Below, piece after piece: positions 35,780 to 44,766 of a DNA stretch of 64,000 nt. Position 1 is the stretch's first letter, and each line of letters begins with the position of its first letter. The translations under genes were made by a program, and so were the position numbers. This stretch comes from Minisyncoccota bacterium. GTDB taxonomy: Bacteria; Patescibacteriota; Minisyncoccia; Phycocordibacterales; SW-6-46-9. The stretch is from positions 226,292 through 290,291 of the forward strand of contig JBBDRP010000002.1 of assembly GCA_040905385.1 (NCBI GenBank). The letters are read 5' to 3'. The notes under the pieces were generated by a model that saw only the letters and a program-made list of their open reading frames with translations, was not told the origin of the DNA and made no database searches.

Positions 35780-37000
35780 CTACAGCGTATCGACAATTGG
35801 AAGGGCAAGTAACCCACCAACTAAGAGCAGGCCGGCGACACCAACAAAGATAAACTCAAACGGTGCAAAGAGAAGTACTGCACTTGCCAGTACCGGAGCA
35901 ACAATATATGCAAGTGGTCTGATCATTCTCAGGACAGACAACTCATCGGTGTCATAACTTTCGACATGCTTAAAGAAGTAGCCGTCGGACATGACTTCGA
36001 TCATAGTGGCGCCGATACGAGTTCCAAATAGCAGAGCTGCCCATACCCAGATCTCGGTGCTCTCTACAAAGCCCAGTAGAGCGGTAAAGAAGGCAGCAAT
36101 GATAAATCCACCGATTAGGAGTTCCTTTTCACCAAGATAGTGGTCAGCGATCTCTCCGAGAGGACGACCCAGTAAGACAAAGGGAATTAGCATAATAGAA
36201 AAGATAATTCCAATAGCACTAAAGGAGAGACCGATGAATTGGTAGAGGTAGATTGGGGTGTATACGACCATCATGGCGTAAAACATATTCAGTACGAGCA
36301 TAGTTCCAAGTGTAAAACGGACGTTTACATCGCGCCAGACTCTTTTGAGACTTTTCCAGAGCGTTGTGCGGGCATAATCAGCGTCGGGGAAGTTACTGAA
36401 CTTCTTTAGAAGAATCGTTAGCAGCGGCAGAATAACAACAGCTGAAATTAGATAAATCTGCCAGAAGGTATCCTCACCGACGGCGAATCCGGCAATCAGC
36501 GGTCCTAGAATGAAGGCGATGTAGGTAAGAGTAATCAAGGTTCCGCGAATCTCGCCTGTCTTGGAATCATCAGAAAATTTCTCTAAAAATATATCTAGGT
36601 TAAAGCGAATCACGGCGGTAAGCATCCAGTGTGCCATGAAGGCAGTGATAAGCAGCCAGATAGGAGCGCTTTGGATAGCCAAAATACTCACGGCGATTAG
36701 TTCTGCAATTACCAGAGCAAGCGTAGTAGCATAGTTACCAAACTTCGGTAGCGCTCGGGTAACAGCAGACATGGTCATGATTGCCAGCACAGCCGCGGCG
36801 CTAAAGGCGATACTGGTTGATGTCTCGGAAAGTATGGTGTTCAAAAAGTTGGAGTTAATGTACAGCGGAAAGACGTAATGCAGCGTAAAGAAGAAGTACA
36901 TGATGTACACCACAACTCGCAGCTCCTCAGGGGAATCTGGCTTATCCTCGGTATCCTCAGTCCTTGTGCGTTTGAGATGGAATGGTACGTGAATTTGCAT
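35780..37000 (-). CDS. Polytopic membrane transporter, probably MFS family
   Basis: 406 aa with ~11-12 hydrophobic helices. No specific family motif recognised. Confidence 0.6.
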   Translation of the reverse strand: MQIHVPFHLKRTRTEDTEDKPDSPEELRVVVYIMYFFFTLHYVFPLYINSNFLNTILSETSTSIAFSAAAVLAIMTMSAVTRALPKFGNYATTLALVIAELIAVSILAIQSAPIWLLITAFMAHWMLTAVIRFNLDIFLEKFSDDSKTGEIRGTLITLTYIAFILGPLIAGFAVGEDTFWQIYLISAVVILPLLTILLKKFSNFPDADYARTTLWKSLKRVWRDVNVRFTLGTMLVLNMFYAMMVVYTPIYLYQFIGLSFSAIGIIFSIMLIPFVLLGRPLGEIADHYLGEKELLIGGFIIAAFFTALLGFVESTEIWVWAALLFGTRIGATMIEVMSDGYFFKHVESYDTDELSVLRMIRPLAYIVAPVLASAVLLFAPFEFIFVGVAGLLLVGGLLALPIVDTL

Positions 37001-37009
37001 ATTTAAAAG

Positions 37010-37129
37010 AGTCGAAAGTCTAAAGTCAAAAGTCGTAAAGTTTAACGTTCATAATATCACGCCTCCAGTTTGGATTTATTAGAAAAATCTAATTGTAACT
37101 TTCGACATTTGACTTTTAGCTTTTAACTT
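37010..37129. repeat. ~135-bp intergenic element, copy 2 (see 33632-33769)
   Basis: Same arm and core sequences as copy 1. Lies immediately upstream (on the minus strand) of the MFS start. Confidence 0.7.
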
Positions 37130-37158
37130 AACTTGTTCTTACCTAGTATAACAAAAAA

Positions 37159-37187
37159 CCTGGGAACATAATGTTCCCAGGTTTTTT
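37159..37187. terminator. Bidirectional rho-independent terminator
   Basis: AAAAAA-CCTGGGAACAT-AA-TGTTCCCAGG-TTTTTT: a 10-bp GC-containing stem flanked by an A-run and a T-run. Confidence 0.8.
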
Positions 37188-37199
37188 AAATAACTCACC

Positions 37200-37830
37200 G
37201 GGTTGAGTTATTTAGCCAGCGTGAAGGATGGCCAGTATTTATCTATTACAAAAGCCGCCATCTTCTCGATAGCGGCTTTCTCGAACGACTTGAATGAGCA
37301 CCCGATATCTCTTGCTGCTAAGCAGGAAGAGAACGGTTGTGCGAATTTACCCGCACACTCGAAGCTTCGAGTGTTAGCTGGCAAAGCCAGCGCGGGTTTA
37401 TGTCCGGAAATTATATGTAATTTCCCTGGACCAAGTCGGCGGGTAAAGCGAGCGCTTCGACTTGCGGAGTGCTCGCGGCTTCCGAAGTCAAGACTTCTTA
37501 TCTTGTTATTTGATTAGCGAAGTCGAGCGACTCAAGTCGGCGGAATAAGCTTGGTGCCGTGGAGTACACGGTGCCAAGCGGCTTAGGGAGTTTAAGTAGC
37601 AATCTGGCGAACTGTTAATTACTCGAAGGACTCAAGTCCGCACGAGTGCTCGCAAATCACAAAACTTTGTAGATAGCGTAGACATGAAGCGAGCTGAAAA
37701 TCTTCGACACAGTAGTGCGAAGATTTCAGTGAGCCAACACTAAGGATGGAATGGATCATATCGAACTATTGATTAATCCAACGCCTCAAGGCGGTAAAAA
37801 TTGTCGGAAATTACATTCTGTTGTAGACTG
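37200..37830. ncRNA. Candidate large structured non-coding RNA region (~630 bp, ORF-free, dense hairpins). Strand and identity unknown.
   Basis: Only a spurious 104-aa ORF. Contains a perfect 20-nt palindrome ACACTCGAAGCTTCGAGTGT (37355-37374); a 12-bp stem CTTGGTGCCGTG-GAGUA-CACGGTGCCAAG with two G-U wobbles (37550-37578); GTCCGGAAATTA-TATG-TAATTTCCCTGGAC; CTGAAAATCTTCG...CGAAGATTTCAG; and repeated words AAGTCGGCGG, CTCAAGTC, GAGTGCTCGC. Confidence 0.3.
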
Positions 37831-37831
37831 C

Positions 37832-39589
37832 CTATACTCCGATAACCACCGGAATCACAAGCGGTTCCTTGCCCGTCTCCTGTCGGAGGTAGCTGCGGGT
37901 TCGTTCGGTTAGCTTGCTCTTTACGTAGTCAAAGTTAACTGACTTACGGCCTTTAGCAGCCTCCTCGACAACATTGCGAACGAGGTCACGTGTGTCGGAA
38001 AGAAGTTTCTTGCTTTCTCGGAGATAGACAAATCCGCGGCTGATAAGATCCGGAGACTTACGCAGCTTCCCGTTCTTTGGGTTAATGGCCACGATTATTA
38101 CGAAGATACCTTCAGTCTGTAGTATTTCGCGATCACGGATGACAACATCCTGAATGTTACCAATACTGAGTCCATCAACGGTAAGTGTCTCTCCAGCGGC
38201 CTTTTGCGGCAGCTTTTCGAACTTTGTACCGTTCTCTTTAATTTCCACAATGGATCCATTCTCGGGAACAATTACGTGATTATCTGGCATACCAAGATCC
38301 TTGGTAGCTAGCTTCTTGTGCAGCTCGAGCATATAACGGTTTCCGTGCTGTGGCATGAAGAATTTTGGCTTCAGCATTTCGTGCAGCCAACGAATTTCAC
38401 CACGGTTTCCGTGTCCGGAAGCATGAACGTGTAGGTCAGTGGTTTTTGAGGTAATGATATCGGCACCCGAGGCCGCAATGTTGTCCTTTAGTGATGCCAC
38501 TGCTTTTTCGTTTCCAGGTACAACCGACGCAGATAGTACGACAGTGTCCTGCCCGTTAAAGGCTAGATGATGGTGGGTCTGGTTTGCCATACGGTTGAGG
38601 GCGGCAAATTCCTCTCCCTGTGATCCGGTAGCAAGAATCAAAATCTCGTTTGGTTGGTAGTTATCGACATCCTTGCCTTGAATAAATATGCCATCTGGTG
38701 CCTTGATGAGCCCGGCTTCCTGCGCAACAGCAACGTTCGTACGCATGGATCGACCTTCAAGTACGACTTTGCGGTTGTACTGACCAGCCAAATCAATAAT
38801 TCGTGCCATACGTTCGATTAGCGAGGCGAAGGAGGCAATGATCAGTCGTCCGTGCGTCTGCTGGAAGATTTTTTCTAGGTCGCGGTGTACCTTCCATTCC
38901 GGTACTCCGAATCCAGGATTCTCAATGTTAGTGGAGTCCATCATCAGCATCAGAACATCCTTCTCGGCGACTTTTTTGTATACTTGCTGCTCTTTCTCGG
39001 AAACAGTTCCATCCACGTGGTCCAGCTCGAAGTCGGCCTGGTTGATAATCTGTCCGTATGGTGTGTCGATGATGACACCCATAGAGTCAGGAATTGTGTG
39101 TGCCATCTCATAGAATCGTACTGGTGTGCTACCGAGCGTGATTTCATCCTCACCCGTAACGACATGAATATCAAGTGGTTCGTTGTCAGGAAATTCTTCC
39201 TGACGCTTTAAAATCATCAGTTTAGAAAAACTGCGACAGTAAATTGGAGGATTGCCGATACGATCCATAATATAGGGAATACCACCGATGTGGTCGAGGT
39301 GACCGTGAGTGATGACGAGACCGCGAATTTTATCTTTGTGCTCCTCGAGGTAACGAGTATTTGGAAGCACATAATCAATTCCAGGTAGATCTTCACTTTC
39401 AAAGCTGTATCCGCAGTCGATGATAATGATGTCATTGGCTGTCTCTATCATGGCCATGTTGCGTCCGACCTCCTCGACTCCGGACAGCGGAATGATGCGA
39501 ATGTCTCCTTCGGCGACTTCAGGAATTGGATCGCCTTTGCGTTCATCTAATTCTCTGTGTTGTAGATTGGTAGTTGTGTATCGTCCCAT
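37832..39589 (-). CDS. rnj: Ribonuclease J (metallo-beta-lactamase / beta-CASP RNase)
   Basis: ...IIPLSGVEEVGRNMAMIETANDIIIIDCG...LVITHGHLDHIGGIPY... HxHxDH motif and beta-CASP layout, 585 aa. Confidence 0.9.
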   Translation of the reverse strand: MGRYTTTNLQHRELDERKGDPIPEVAEGDIRIIPLSGVEEVGRNMAMIETANDIIIIDCGYSFESEDLPGIDYVLPNTRYLEEHKDKIRGLVITHGHLDHIGGIPYIMDRIGNPPIYCRSFSKLMILKRQEEFPDNEPLDIHVVTGEDEITLGSTPVRFYEMAHTIPDSMGVIIDTPYGQIINQADFELDHVDGTVSEKEQQVYKKVAEKDVLMLMMDSTNIENPGFGVPEWKVHRDLEKIFQQTHGRLIIASFASLIERMARIIDLAGQYNRKVVLEGRSMRTNVAVAQEAGLIKAPDGIFIQGKDVDNYQPNEILILATGSQGEEFAALNRMANQTHHHLAFNGQDTVVLSASVVPGNEKAVASLKDNIAASGADIITSKTTDLHVHASGHGNRGEIRWLHEMLKPKFFMPQHGNRYMLELHKKLATKDLGMPDNHVIVPENGSIVEIKENGTKFEKLPQKAAGETLTVDGLSIGNIQDVVIRDREILQTEGIFVIIVAINPKNGKLRKSPDLISRGFVYLRESKKLLSDTRDLVRNVVEEAAKGRKSVNFDYVKSKLTERTRSYLRQETGKEPLVIPVVIGV

Positions 39590-39768
39590 AATTTATTAGC
39601 TTCGAGCTCTTAGCTTTTAGCTTATAAGTTAGATCTAGACTGTTTTGGTTATCAGCTAGATTTTGAATAATAATGCGAATTGAACAAACTCGCGGGATAC
39701 AGGAACAATGTTTTGATCCCGTATCGGCGGGCTCATTTTTTGGTTTGTACGTTCGTTGACCCCTTTGT

Positions 39769-41481
39769 CTATCGGCTGGCTTTTTCGGCATTGGTCTGGT
39801 CGTCATCCAGAAATATATTCCAGAGTTTTGTGGTACTGGTATGCCAGTCAGTAATGCGGGCAAAGCGGTCGGATGGTGTGGTGATTGGTGGAATGGCGGC
39901 ATTTCTTATGTTGTCGGGAAGTATGTAGATGAAGCTAGGGCTGTAGACAAAGCTGGCGGGTTGGTCGTCTGTGATTGTTTCGGTAATCTCACTCTGCAGG
40001 TTATCGCGAACCACAGTGGAGGTGGCAACGCGCCACTGGGAAAGCGCATCATCAATGCTGGAGTTGGTGTATATTGCAAGATTTAGCCCGGGATCATCCT
40101 GACCACTGGAGTGCCAGAATGGGTAGAGGTCGCCGCTCTGGTTGATAACCTGACCGAAAAGCAGCGCTTCGTAATCTCGTGGACGAATAATACTCTGTGT
40201 TAATTCATTTACTGGCAGCGTAGTGACCGTAACCGAGACACCGATATCCTCCCAGCTTTCAGCGATGCGGTTAGCGGTCTCCTGAAGCGCTGGAATTGCT
40301 GCTGTGGTCAGCTCGATCGATAGCGTTTCGCCATCTTCATTGACCCGTGTATCGCCAGATTCTTCCCACCCAGCCGTTGTTAATGTTTCCCTAGCTGCTC
40401 TGATGGTTGAGGAACTTACTTCCTCAGCTGGACGAATACTTGGTAGCGGTCCGTCAAGTGGTTTACCGTATCCGTACAGAGCCTCCTGGATAATTTCTCT
40501 GCGTGGAATCACGGAATCCAGCGCTCGGCGCAGATCTGCCTCAACCAGCACCTCATTGTTGTTCTGGTTGTAGTAAATGGCGAATACTCGGTTCAGCGAT
40601 TTGCTGACTATCTGTGTGTTATTAGTATTCAGCTCATCTACAGCGTGTGGGTCAGCACCATAAAAGCCATCAATATCTTCAGAACGGAAGGCGTCAGTAA
40701 CTGCGTTGGCATCAGTGAAAAAGGAAAGCGAGACACGTTTTATATACGGGGTACTGTGGTACGTCTCGGCAGCAGTTAGATCGTAACGGTTCGGAATTCC
40801 TTCTTCGTTGCGAATAATGTCAGCTACCTGGTACGGTCCGGCACCAACCGGTCGGACATTAAGGCTCGAGAAAGAGATTGAACTGATGGTTTCATTCTCC
40901 CAAAGATGGGCGGGTAGAATACCGATACGAGCTGTATACGGAAAGCTTGTAAATGGCTGCGAAAGATTGAAGGCGACAGTCTTATCGTCAATTACCTCGA
41001 CACTGATACTGTTCCAGTCGGACTGTTGTGGGCTATTGACCACCGGGTCTTGAATCAGGGAGATGGTGAAGGCAATATCCTCGGCCGTCACCGGCTGCCC
41101 ATCATGAAAGACAGCATCATCACGGATAGTAAAGGTGTAGGTCTCGCCGTTCTCTGAGACCTCCATAGCTTCTGCTAGGTCAAGCGTAATGTCACCGCTG
41201 GTGGTGAGTTTCGTAAGTCCGGCGTGTACTAGTGCTGACAGGTCGCGGTCGGCGTCACTGCGGGCCAGAACTGGATTAATATACTGTGGGAAGCCGACAA
41301 TGCCTTCATGATAGTGACCACCCCGAGTTGGGATAACGGTAGAGGCATTATCTTGTAACTGGTTTAGTAGCCCCATACCACCAAGCGTGACCAGTACAAC
41401 CAGCACTGAAAACACTACCAGCTCGAGTGGAGAGAGATTGTGGTAAGCATGACGAAGTTGGCTGTAAAGGGGTATTTCCAT
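39769..41481 (-). CDS. Membrane-anchored extracellular solute-binding protein, family 5 (peptide/oligosaccharide ABC-type SBP), no adjacent permease genes
   Basis: N-terminal TM helix, then a typical SBP_bac_5 layout (…YINPVLARSDADRDLSALVHAGL…, 570 aa). Confidence 0.75.
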   Translation of the reverse strand: MEIPLYSQLRHAYHNLSPLELVVFSVLVVLVTLGGMGLLNQLQDNASTVIPTRGGHYHEGIVGFPQYINPVLARSDADRDLSALVHAGLTKLTTSGDITLDLAEAMEVSENGETYTFTIRDDAVFHDGQPVTAEDIAFTISLIQDPVVNSPQQSDWNSISVEVIDDKTVAFNLSQPFTSFPYTARIGILPAHLWENETISSISFSSLNVRPVGAGPYQVADIIRNEEGIPNRYDLTAAETYHSTPYIKRVSLSFFTDANAVTDAFRSEDIDGFYGADPHAVDELNTNNTQIVSKSLNRVFAIYYNQNNNEVLVEADLRRALDSVIPRREIIQEALYGYGKPLDGPLPSIRPAEEVSSSTIRAARETLTTAGWEESGDTRVNEDGETLSIELTTAAIPALQETANRIAESWEDIGVSVTVTTLPVNELTQSIIRPRDYEALLFGQVINQSGDLYPFWHSSGQDDPGLNLAIYTNSSIDDALSQWRVATSTVVRDNLQSEITETITDDQPASFVYSPSFIYILPDNIRNAAIPPITTPSDRFARITDWHTSTTKLWNIFLDDDQTNAEKASR

Positions 41482-41520
41482 GTGTATATAAGGAGAGTGG
41501 TTTTCTATGCAGTTTGACTG

Positions 41521-41751
41521 CTAGATAAGAAAGCTAATGAAGGATGCTAAGGCAAAAAGAATCGCGATAACAATCGTGGCTTTGAATAGGGTTTTATCGA
41601 AGCCGCGTCGTGTACGACCACCTCCACCGGAATCTCCACCACCAAATACGGCACCCAGACTAGCGTCTGTTTGTTGCATTAGTATGGCTGTCACAAGAAT
41701 GACAGACAGGAATATTTGGATGTAGGGAAGAATGGAGCTCATAGCGTTCAC
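41521..41751 (-). CDS. secG: Preprotein translocase subunit SecG
   Basis: 76 aa, two TM helices, LMQQ...GLGAVFGGG motif. Confidence 0.75.
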   Translation of the reverse strand: MNAMSSILPYIQIFLSVILVTAILMQQTDASLGAVFGGGDSGGGGRTRRGFDKTLFKATIVIAILFALASFISFLI

Positions 41752-42018
41752 GTAGGTAGTATTGTAGCAGATGTGAATTTATTTACAACAGCGGTCGTTC
41801 GCACTCCTCCTTTGTGTGCGCACGAATAAACCACGCATTACGCGTGGTTTTTCTCTGCTCGTCCCGCTTTAGCGGGACTGTGCAAGGCTTCACAAAGGAG
41901 AGTACTCACTTAGTAGTACATTTCCAATCTTTTGTAATATAAATAGATTCAGGAAGGAGGTGCGCATATTACGTATTTATAAGCCTGCAATTTTAATTGC
42001 AGGCGCTCTTAAAGCGAA

Positions 42019-42147
42019 CCCACTCCTTCTCAGCTACCTCTCGGAGGCTGATTTGCTCGGTTTCTTCTTTTTGAAGAAAAATCAGCCGAGAGTGAGCGCA
42101 ATTTCTCGCTGGAGAAATTGACGCGTGTATGCTGAGAAGGTAGTGGG
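42019..42147. repeat. ~130-nt compound hairpin structure. Outer inverted repeat CCCACTCCTTCTCAGC / GCTGAGAAGGTAGTGGG encloses two stable inner hairpins (CTCTCGGAGGCTGATTT...AAAATCAGCCGAGAG and GCGCAATTTCTC-GCTG-GAGAAATTGACGCG).
   Basis: Read directly. Lies between secG (-) and the groES promoter. No ORF. Confidence 0.6.
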
Positions 42148-42158
42148 TGAGCGCCCAC

Positions 42159-42187
42159 TTGAAACGGAAGAGCGTGGCGCGTATAAT
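42159..42187 (+). promoter_or_regulatory. Sigma70-type promoter TTGAAA-N17-TATAAT for groES-groEL. An inverted repeat CTGCACT-N19-AGTGCAG (42192-42224) in the 5' UTR is a candidate operator.
   Basis: Consensus hexamers at optimal spacing ~100 bp upstream of the groES ATG. The IR is not a canonical CIRCE. Confidence 0.5.
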
Positions 42188-42290
42188 GTGCCTGCACTAA
42201 TGAATTCTGTAGTTGACAGTGCAGCCACTATATCGACCGCGTGTGGTCGGTAATTTATGATTATTAAAGACGTTAAAAATACAAAAAACT

Positions 42291-42617
42291 ATGGCAAAGA
42301 AAAAGAATCCTGTTGGAATTAAACCGCTTGCCGACCGAGTCTTGATACGAGAAGAGACGGCAGACGAAGGAGAGAAAAAGACGGAGTCAGGAATCATCAT
42401 TCCAGATACGGTTGGCGATGACAACGCTCGTGGTGCTAATCGCGGTGAAGTTGTGGCAGTTGGTGACGGAAAGGTTGATGACGATGGAAAGAAGCTCGAG
42501 ATTCCCGTAAAGGCTGGCGACATTGTTATCTTTAGCTGGGGTGAGCAGCTAACGATTGATGAGATTGATTACCACCTTGTTGATCAGAGCAATATTCTTG
42601 CAGTAGTTGAGGGGTAG
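42291..42617 (+). CDS. groES: Co-chaperonin GroES
   Basis: IKPLADRVLIR...ESGIIIPDT...GEVVAVGDGK... Confidence 0.95.
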   Translation: MAKKKNPVGIKPLADRVLIREETADEGEKKTESGIIIPDTVGDDNARGANRGEVVAVGDGKVDDDGKKLEIPVKAGDIVIFSWGEQLTIDEIDYHLVDQSNILAVVEG

Positions 42618-42651
42618 AGGTTTATTATTTCTAATCTAAATCATATTTACT

Positions 42652-44304
42652 ATGTCTAAAAACGTTATCTTTCATGAGGAGGCACGTCAGAAGCTGATGG
42701 CTGGAATCGACAAGGTTGCGAATGCGGTAAAGGTGACGATTGGTCCGCGTGGACGCAATGTTGTACTGGATAAGGGCTACGGAGCGCCGACCATTACTAA
42801 TGATGGAGTTTCCATTGCTAAGGAAATTTCGCTCAAGAACAAGTTCGAAAACATGGGGGCCGAGATTATCAAGGAGGTAGCCGAGAAGACCAACACGGCA
42901 GCTGGTGACGGAACCTCGACAGCCACGATTCTGGCTCACGCCATTATGACCGAGGGGCTGAAGCGAACAACGCTCGGTGCCAATGCAATGGTGATTCGTG
43001 AGGGTATCGAGGAGGCCGCTCGTGACGCGGTAGAGGAGCTAATGAAGACGGCGACCAATGTACGCGGTGACGACATTCAGCGTGTGGCAGCTATCGCTGC
43101 CGAGAGCGAGAAGCTTGGTGAAATCATTGCCGACACGATGGAGAAGGTCGGCAAGGACGGTGTGGTGACGGTAGAGGAGTCACGTACCACCGGACTGTCT
43201 TCGGAGGTGGTTGAGGGACTAGAGTTTGATAAAGGATTTGTGTCACCGTACATGGTGACCGATTCAGAACGTATGGAGGCGGTGTATGAAGACACGGCGG
43301 TGCTGGTAACCGACCAGAAGATCTCAAGTGCTAAGGATATTCTACCACTGCTGGAGAGTCTGGCACAGGGAGGCCAAAAGGAGCTGGTGATTATCGCTGA
43401 TGATATTGAGGGCGAGGCACTAGCGACGTTTGTGGTTAACAAGCTTCGCGGTGGATTTAACGTGCTGGCTATCGAAGCACCTGGGTTTGGTGACGCCAAG
43501 AAGGATCGACTCGAGGATATTGCGACGGTCGTTGGTGCGCAGGTTATCTCAGAAGATCGTGGACACTCGCTGGACAAGGCAACCGAGTCAATGCTCGGAA
43601 AGGCCGGAAAGATTATTGCCTCAGAAGACAAGACAACCATCGTAGGAGGCGCAGGAACCAAGAAGGATATCGAGGCCCGTGCCGAGAAACTTCGCACGCA
43701 GGCCGAGCATGCTGATGCATCTTATGCTCGTGAGAAGCTCGAAAAGCGTGCCGCTGCATTGACCGGTGGAGTGGCGGTAATCCGGGTTGGTGCTGCTACC
43801 GAGACCGAGATGAAGTATCTCAAGCTGAAGATCGAGGATGCGGTGAATGCTACCAAGGCCGCTATTGAAGAAGGGGTCGTTGATGGTGGTGGAGCCGCGT
43901 TGGTAAAGATTGGCAAGAAGCTTCGCGACAAGCTCGAGAAGATGGATGCCAATGATGATCACAAGGTTGGGTACATGATTCTTACCCGCGCGCTGGACGC
44001 ACCGTTCAAGCAGATTGTTCAGAACGCCGGAAATGAAGAGGCGTCGGCCGTGCTGCATGACGTTCGTATCGGCAAAAAAGGATACGATGCCAAGAACAAC
44101 GTGATTGTAGACAACATCTCCTCAGCTGGAATTATTGATCCGGCTAAGGTGGTGCGAACGGGAATCGAGAACGCTGCCTCTGCAGCCGCAATTCTCCTGA
44201 CTACGGAGGCGGCAGTTGCTGAAGACCCAGACGATGATGATGATCAGCAGGGTGGCGGTGGCATGCCGGGTGGAATGGGTGGCGGTATGCCGGGTATGAT
44301 GTAG
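42652..44304 (+). CDS. groEL: Chaperonin GroEL (C-terminal GGM repeat)
   Basis: ...[17 protein letters not shown]...[13 protein letters not shown]... and C-terminal [16 protein letters not shown]. Confidence 0.97.
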   Translation: MSKNVIFHEEARQKLMAGIDKVANAVKVTIGPRGRNVVLDKGYGAPTITNDGVSIAKEISLKNKFENMGAEIIKEVAEKTNTAAGDGTSTATILAHAIMTEGLKRTTLGANAMVIREGIEEAARDAVEELMKTATNVRGDDIQRVAAIAAESEKLGEIIADTMEKVGKDGVVTVEESRTTGLSSEVVEGLEFDKGFVSPYMVTDSERMEAVYEDTAVLVTDQKISSAKDILPLLESLAQGGQKELVIIADDIEGEALATFVVNKLRGGFNVLAIEAPGFGDAKKDRLEDIATVVGAQVISEDRGHSLDKATESMLGKAGKIIASEDKTTIVGGAGTKKDIEARAEKLRTQAEHADASYAREKLEKRAAALTGGVAVIRVGAATETEMKYLKLKIEDAVNATKAAIEEGVVDGGGAALVKIGKKLRDKLEKMDANDDHKVGYMILTRALDAPFKQIVQNAGNEEASAVLHDVRIGKKGYDAKNNVIVDNISSAGIIDPAKVVRTGIENAASAAAILLTTEAAVAEDPDDDDDQQGGGGMPGGMGGGMPGMM

Positions 44305-44366
44305 TAAAAATCTATGGCGGACAGTGATCCGCAGACACTCTTGCGCGCTTGAGCGCTTCGAGAAAG

Positions 44367-44398
44367 CCACCGTCTCTGCGACGGCGGCTTTTGTTATT
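44367..44398 (+). terminator. Probable groEL terminator hairpin
   Basis: AAAGCCACCGTC-TCTGC-GACGGCGGCTTTTGTT. Confidence 0.55.
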
Positions 44399-44399
44399 A

Positions 44400-44680
44400 A
44401 ACTATCTACAACAGATAGTGATGGGAGAACGTAGTTGACGGCTTGAGCCGTTGGATTGATTGGTAGTCGAGCCAGGAAAGCCGCCAGCACTCCGCCAGTC
44501 GGAGCACTGGCTTATAACCGAATGGTTTGGGAAAATAGCCGTCTCCTGGACGGTCATTTTTGTTATCGGATAACCAGTAAGGTTTTACACTGGAAACCAC
44601 AAAATCTGCGGAAGGTCTTACAGAAAGCAGGTACTCGTTCGTATTGCGAAAAGACCGCCGGTTGACGGTCTTTTTTTAAT
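44400..44680 (+). ncRNA. Candidate ORF-free transcript (~270 nt) ending in a strong terminator; possible small RNA or leader
   Basis: No ORF of 60 aa or more on the + strand. Internal hairpin GCCAGCACTCCG-CCAGT-CGGAGCACTGGC with a symmetric 2x2 internal loop. Terminator AGACCG-CCGGTTGA-CGGTCT-TTTTTTT at 44650-44678. Confidence 0.35.
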
Positions 44681-44766
44681 GGAGGGTATTAATTGACATA
44701 AGATATATATAAATGTAAAGTAAAAATAGAAACTAAAATGTTAATTCTTTAGAAACGGAGGCCATC

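Noticed and set aside
37203-37517. 104-aa ORF inside the structured ORF-free region
   Set aside because: The sequence is dominated by palindromes, so the ORF is probably an accident of the hairpins. The region is better explained as structured RNA/DNA.
38838-39211. + strand ORFs 38838-39113 and 38885-39211
   Set aside because: They are embedded antisense within the well-supported rnj gene.
41900-42230. Canonical CIRCE (HrcA) operator upstream of groES
   Set aside because: Found GAGTACTCACTTAGTAGTAC and CTGCACT-N19-AGTGCAG, but neither matches TTAGCACTC-N9-GAGTGCTAA. Reported only as a candidate non-canonical operator.
44400-44680. Possible SRP RNA / 6S RNA / tmRNA identity for the terminated transcript
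   Set aside because: Could not find the SRP domain-IV GGAA tetraloop motif in a paired context, the tmRNA tRNA-like ends, or a convincing 6S central bubble by eye. Left as an unassigned candidate.
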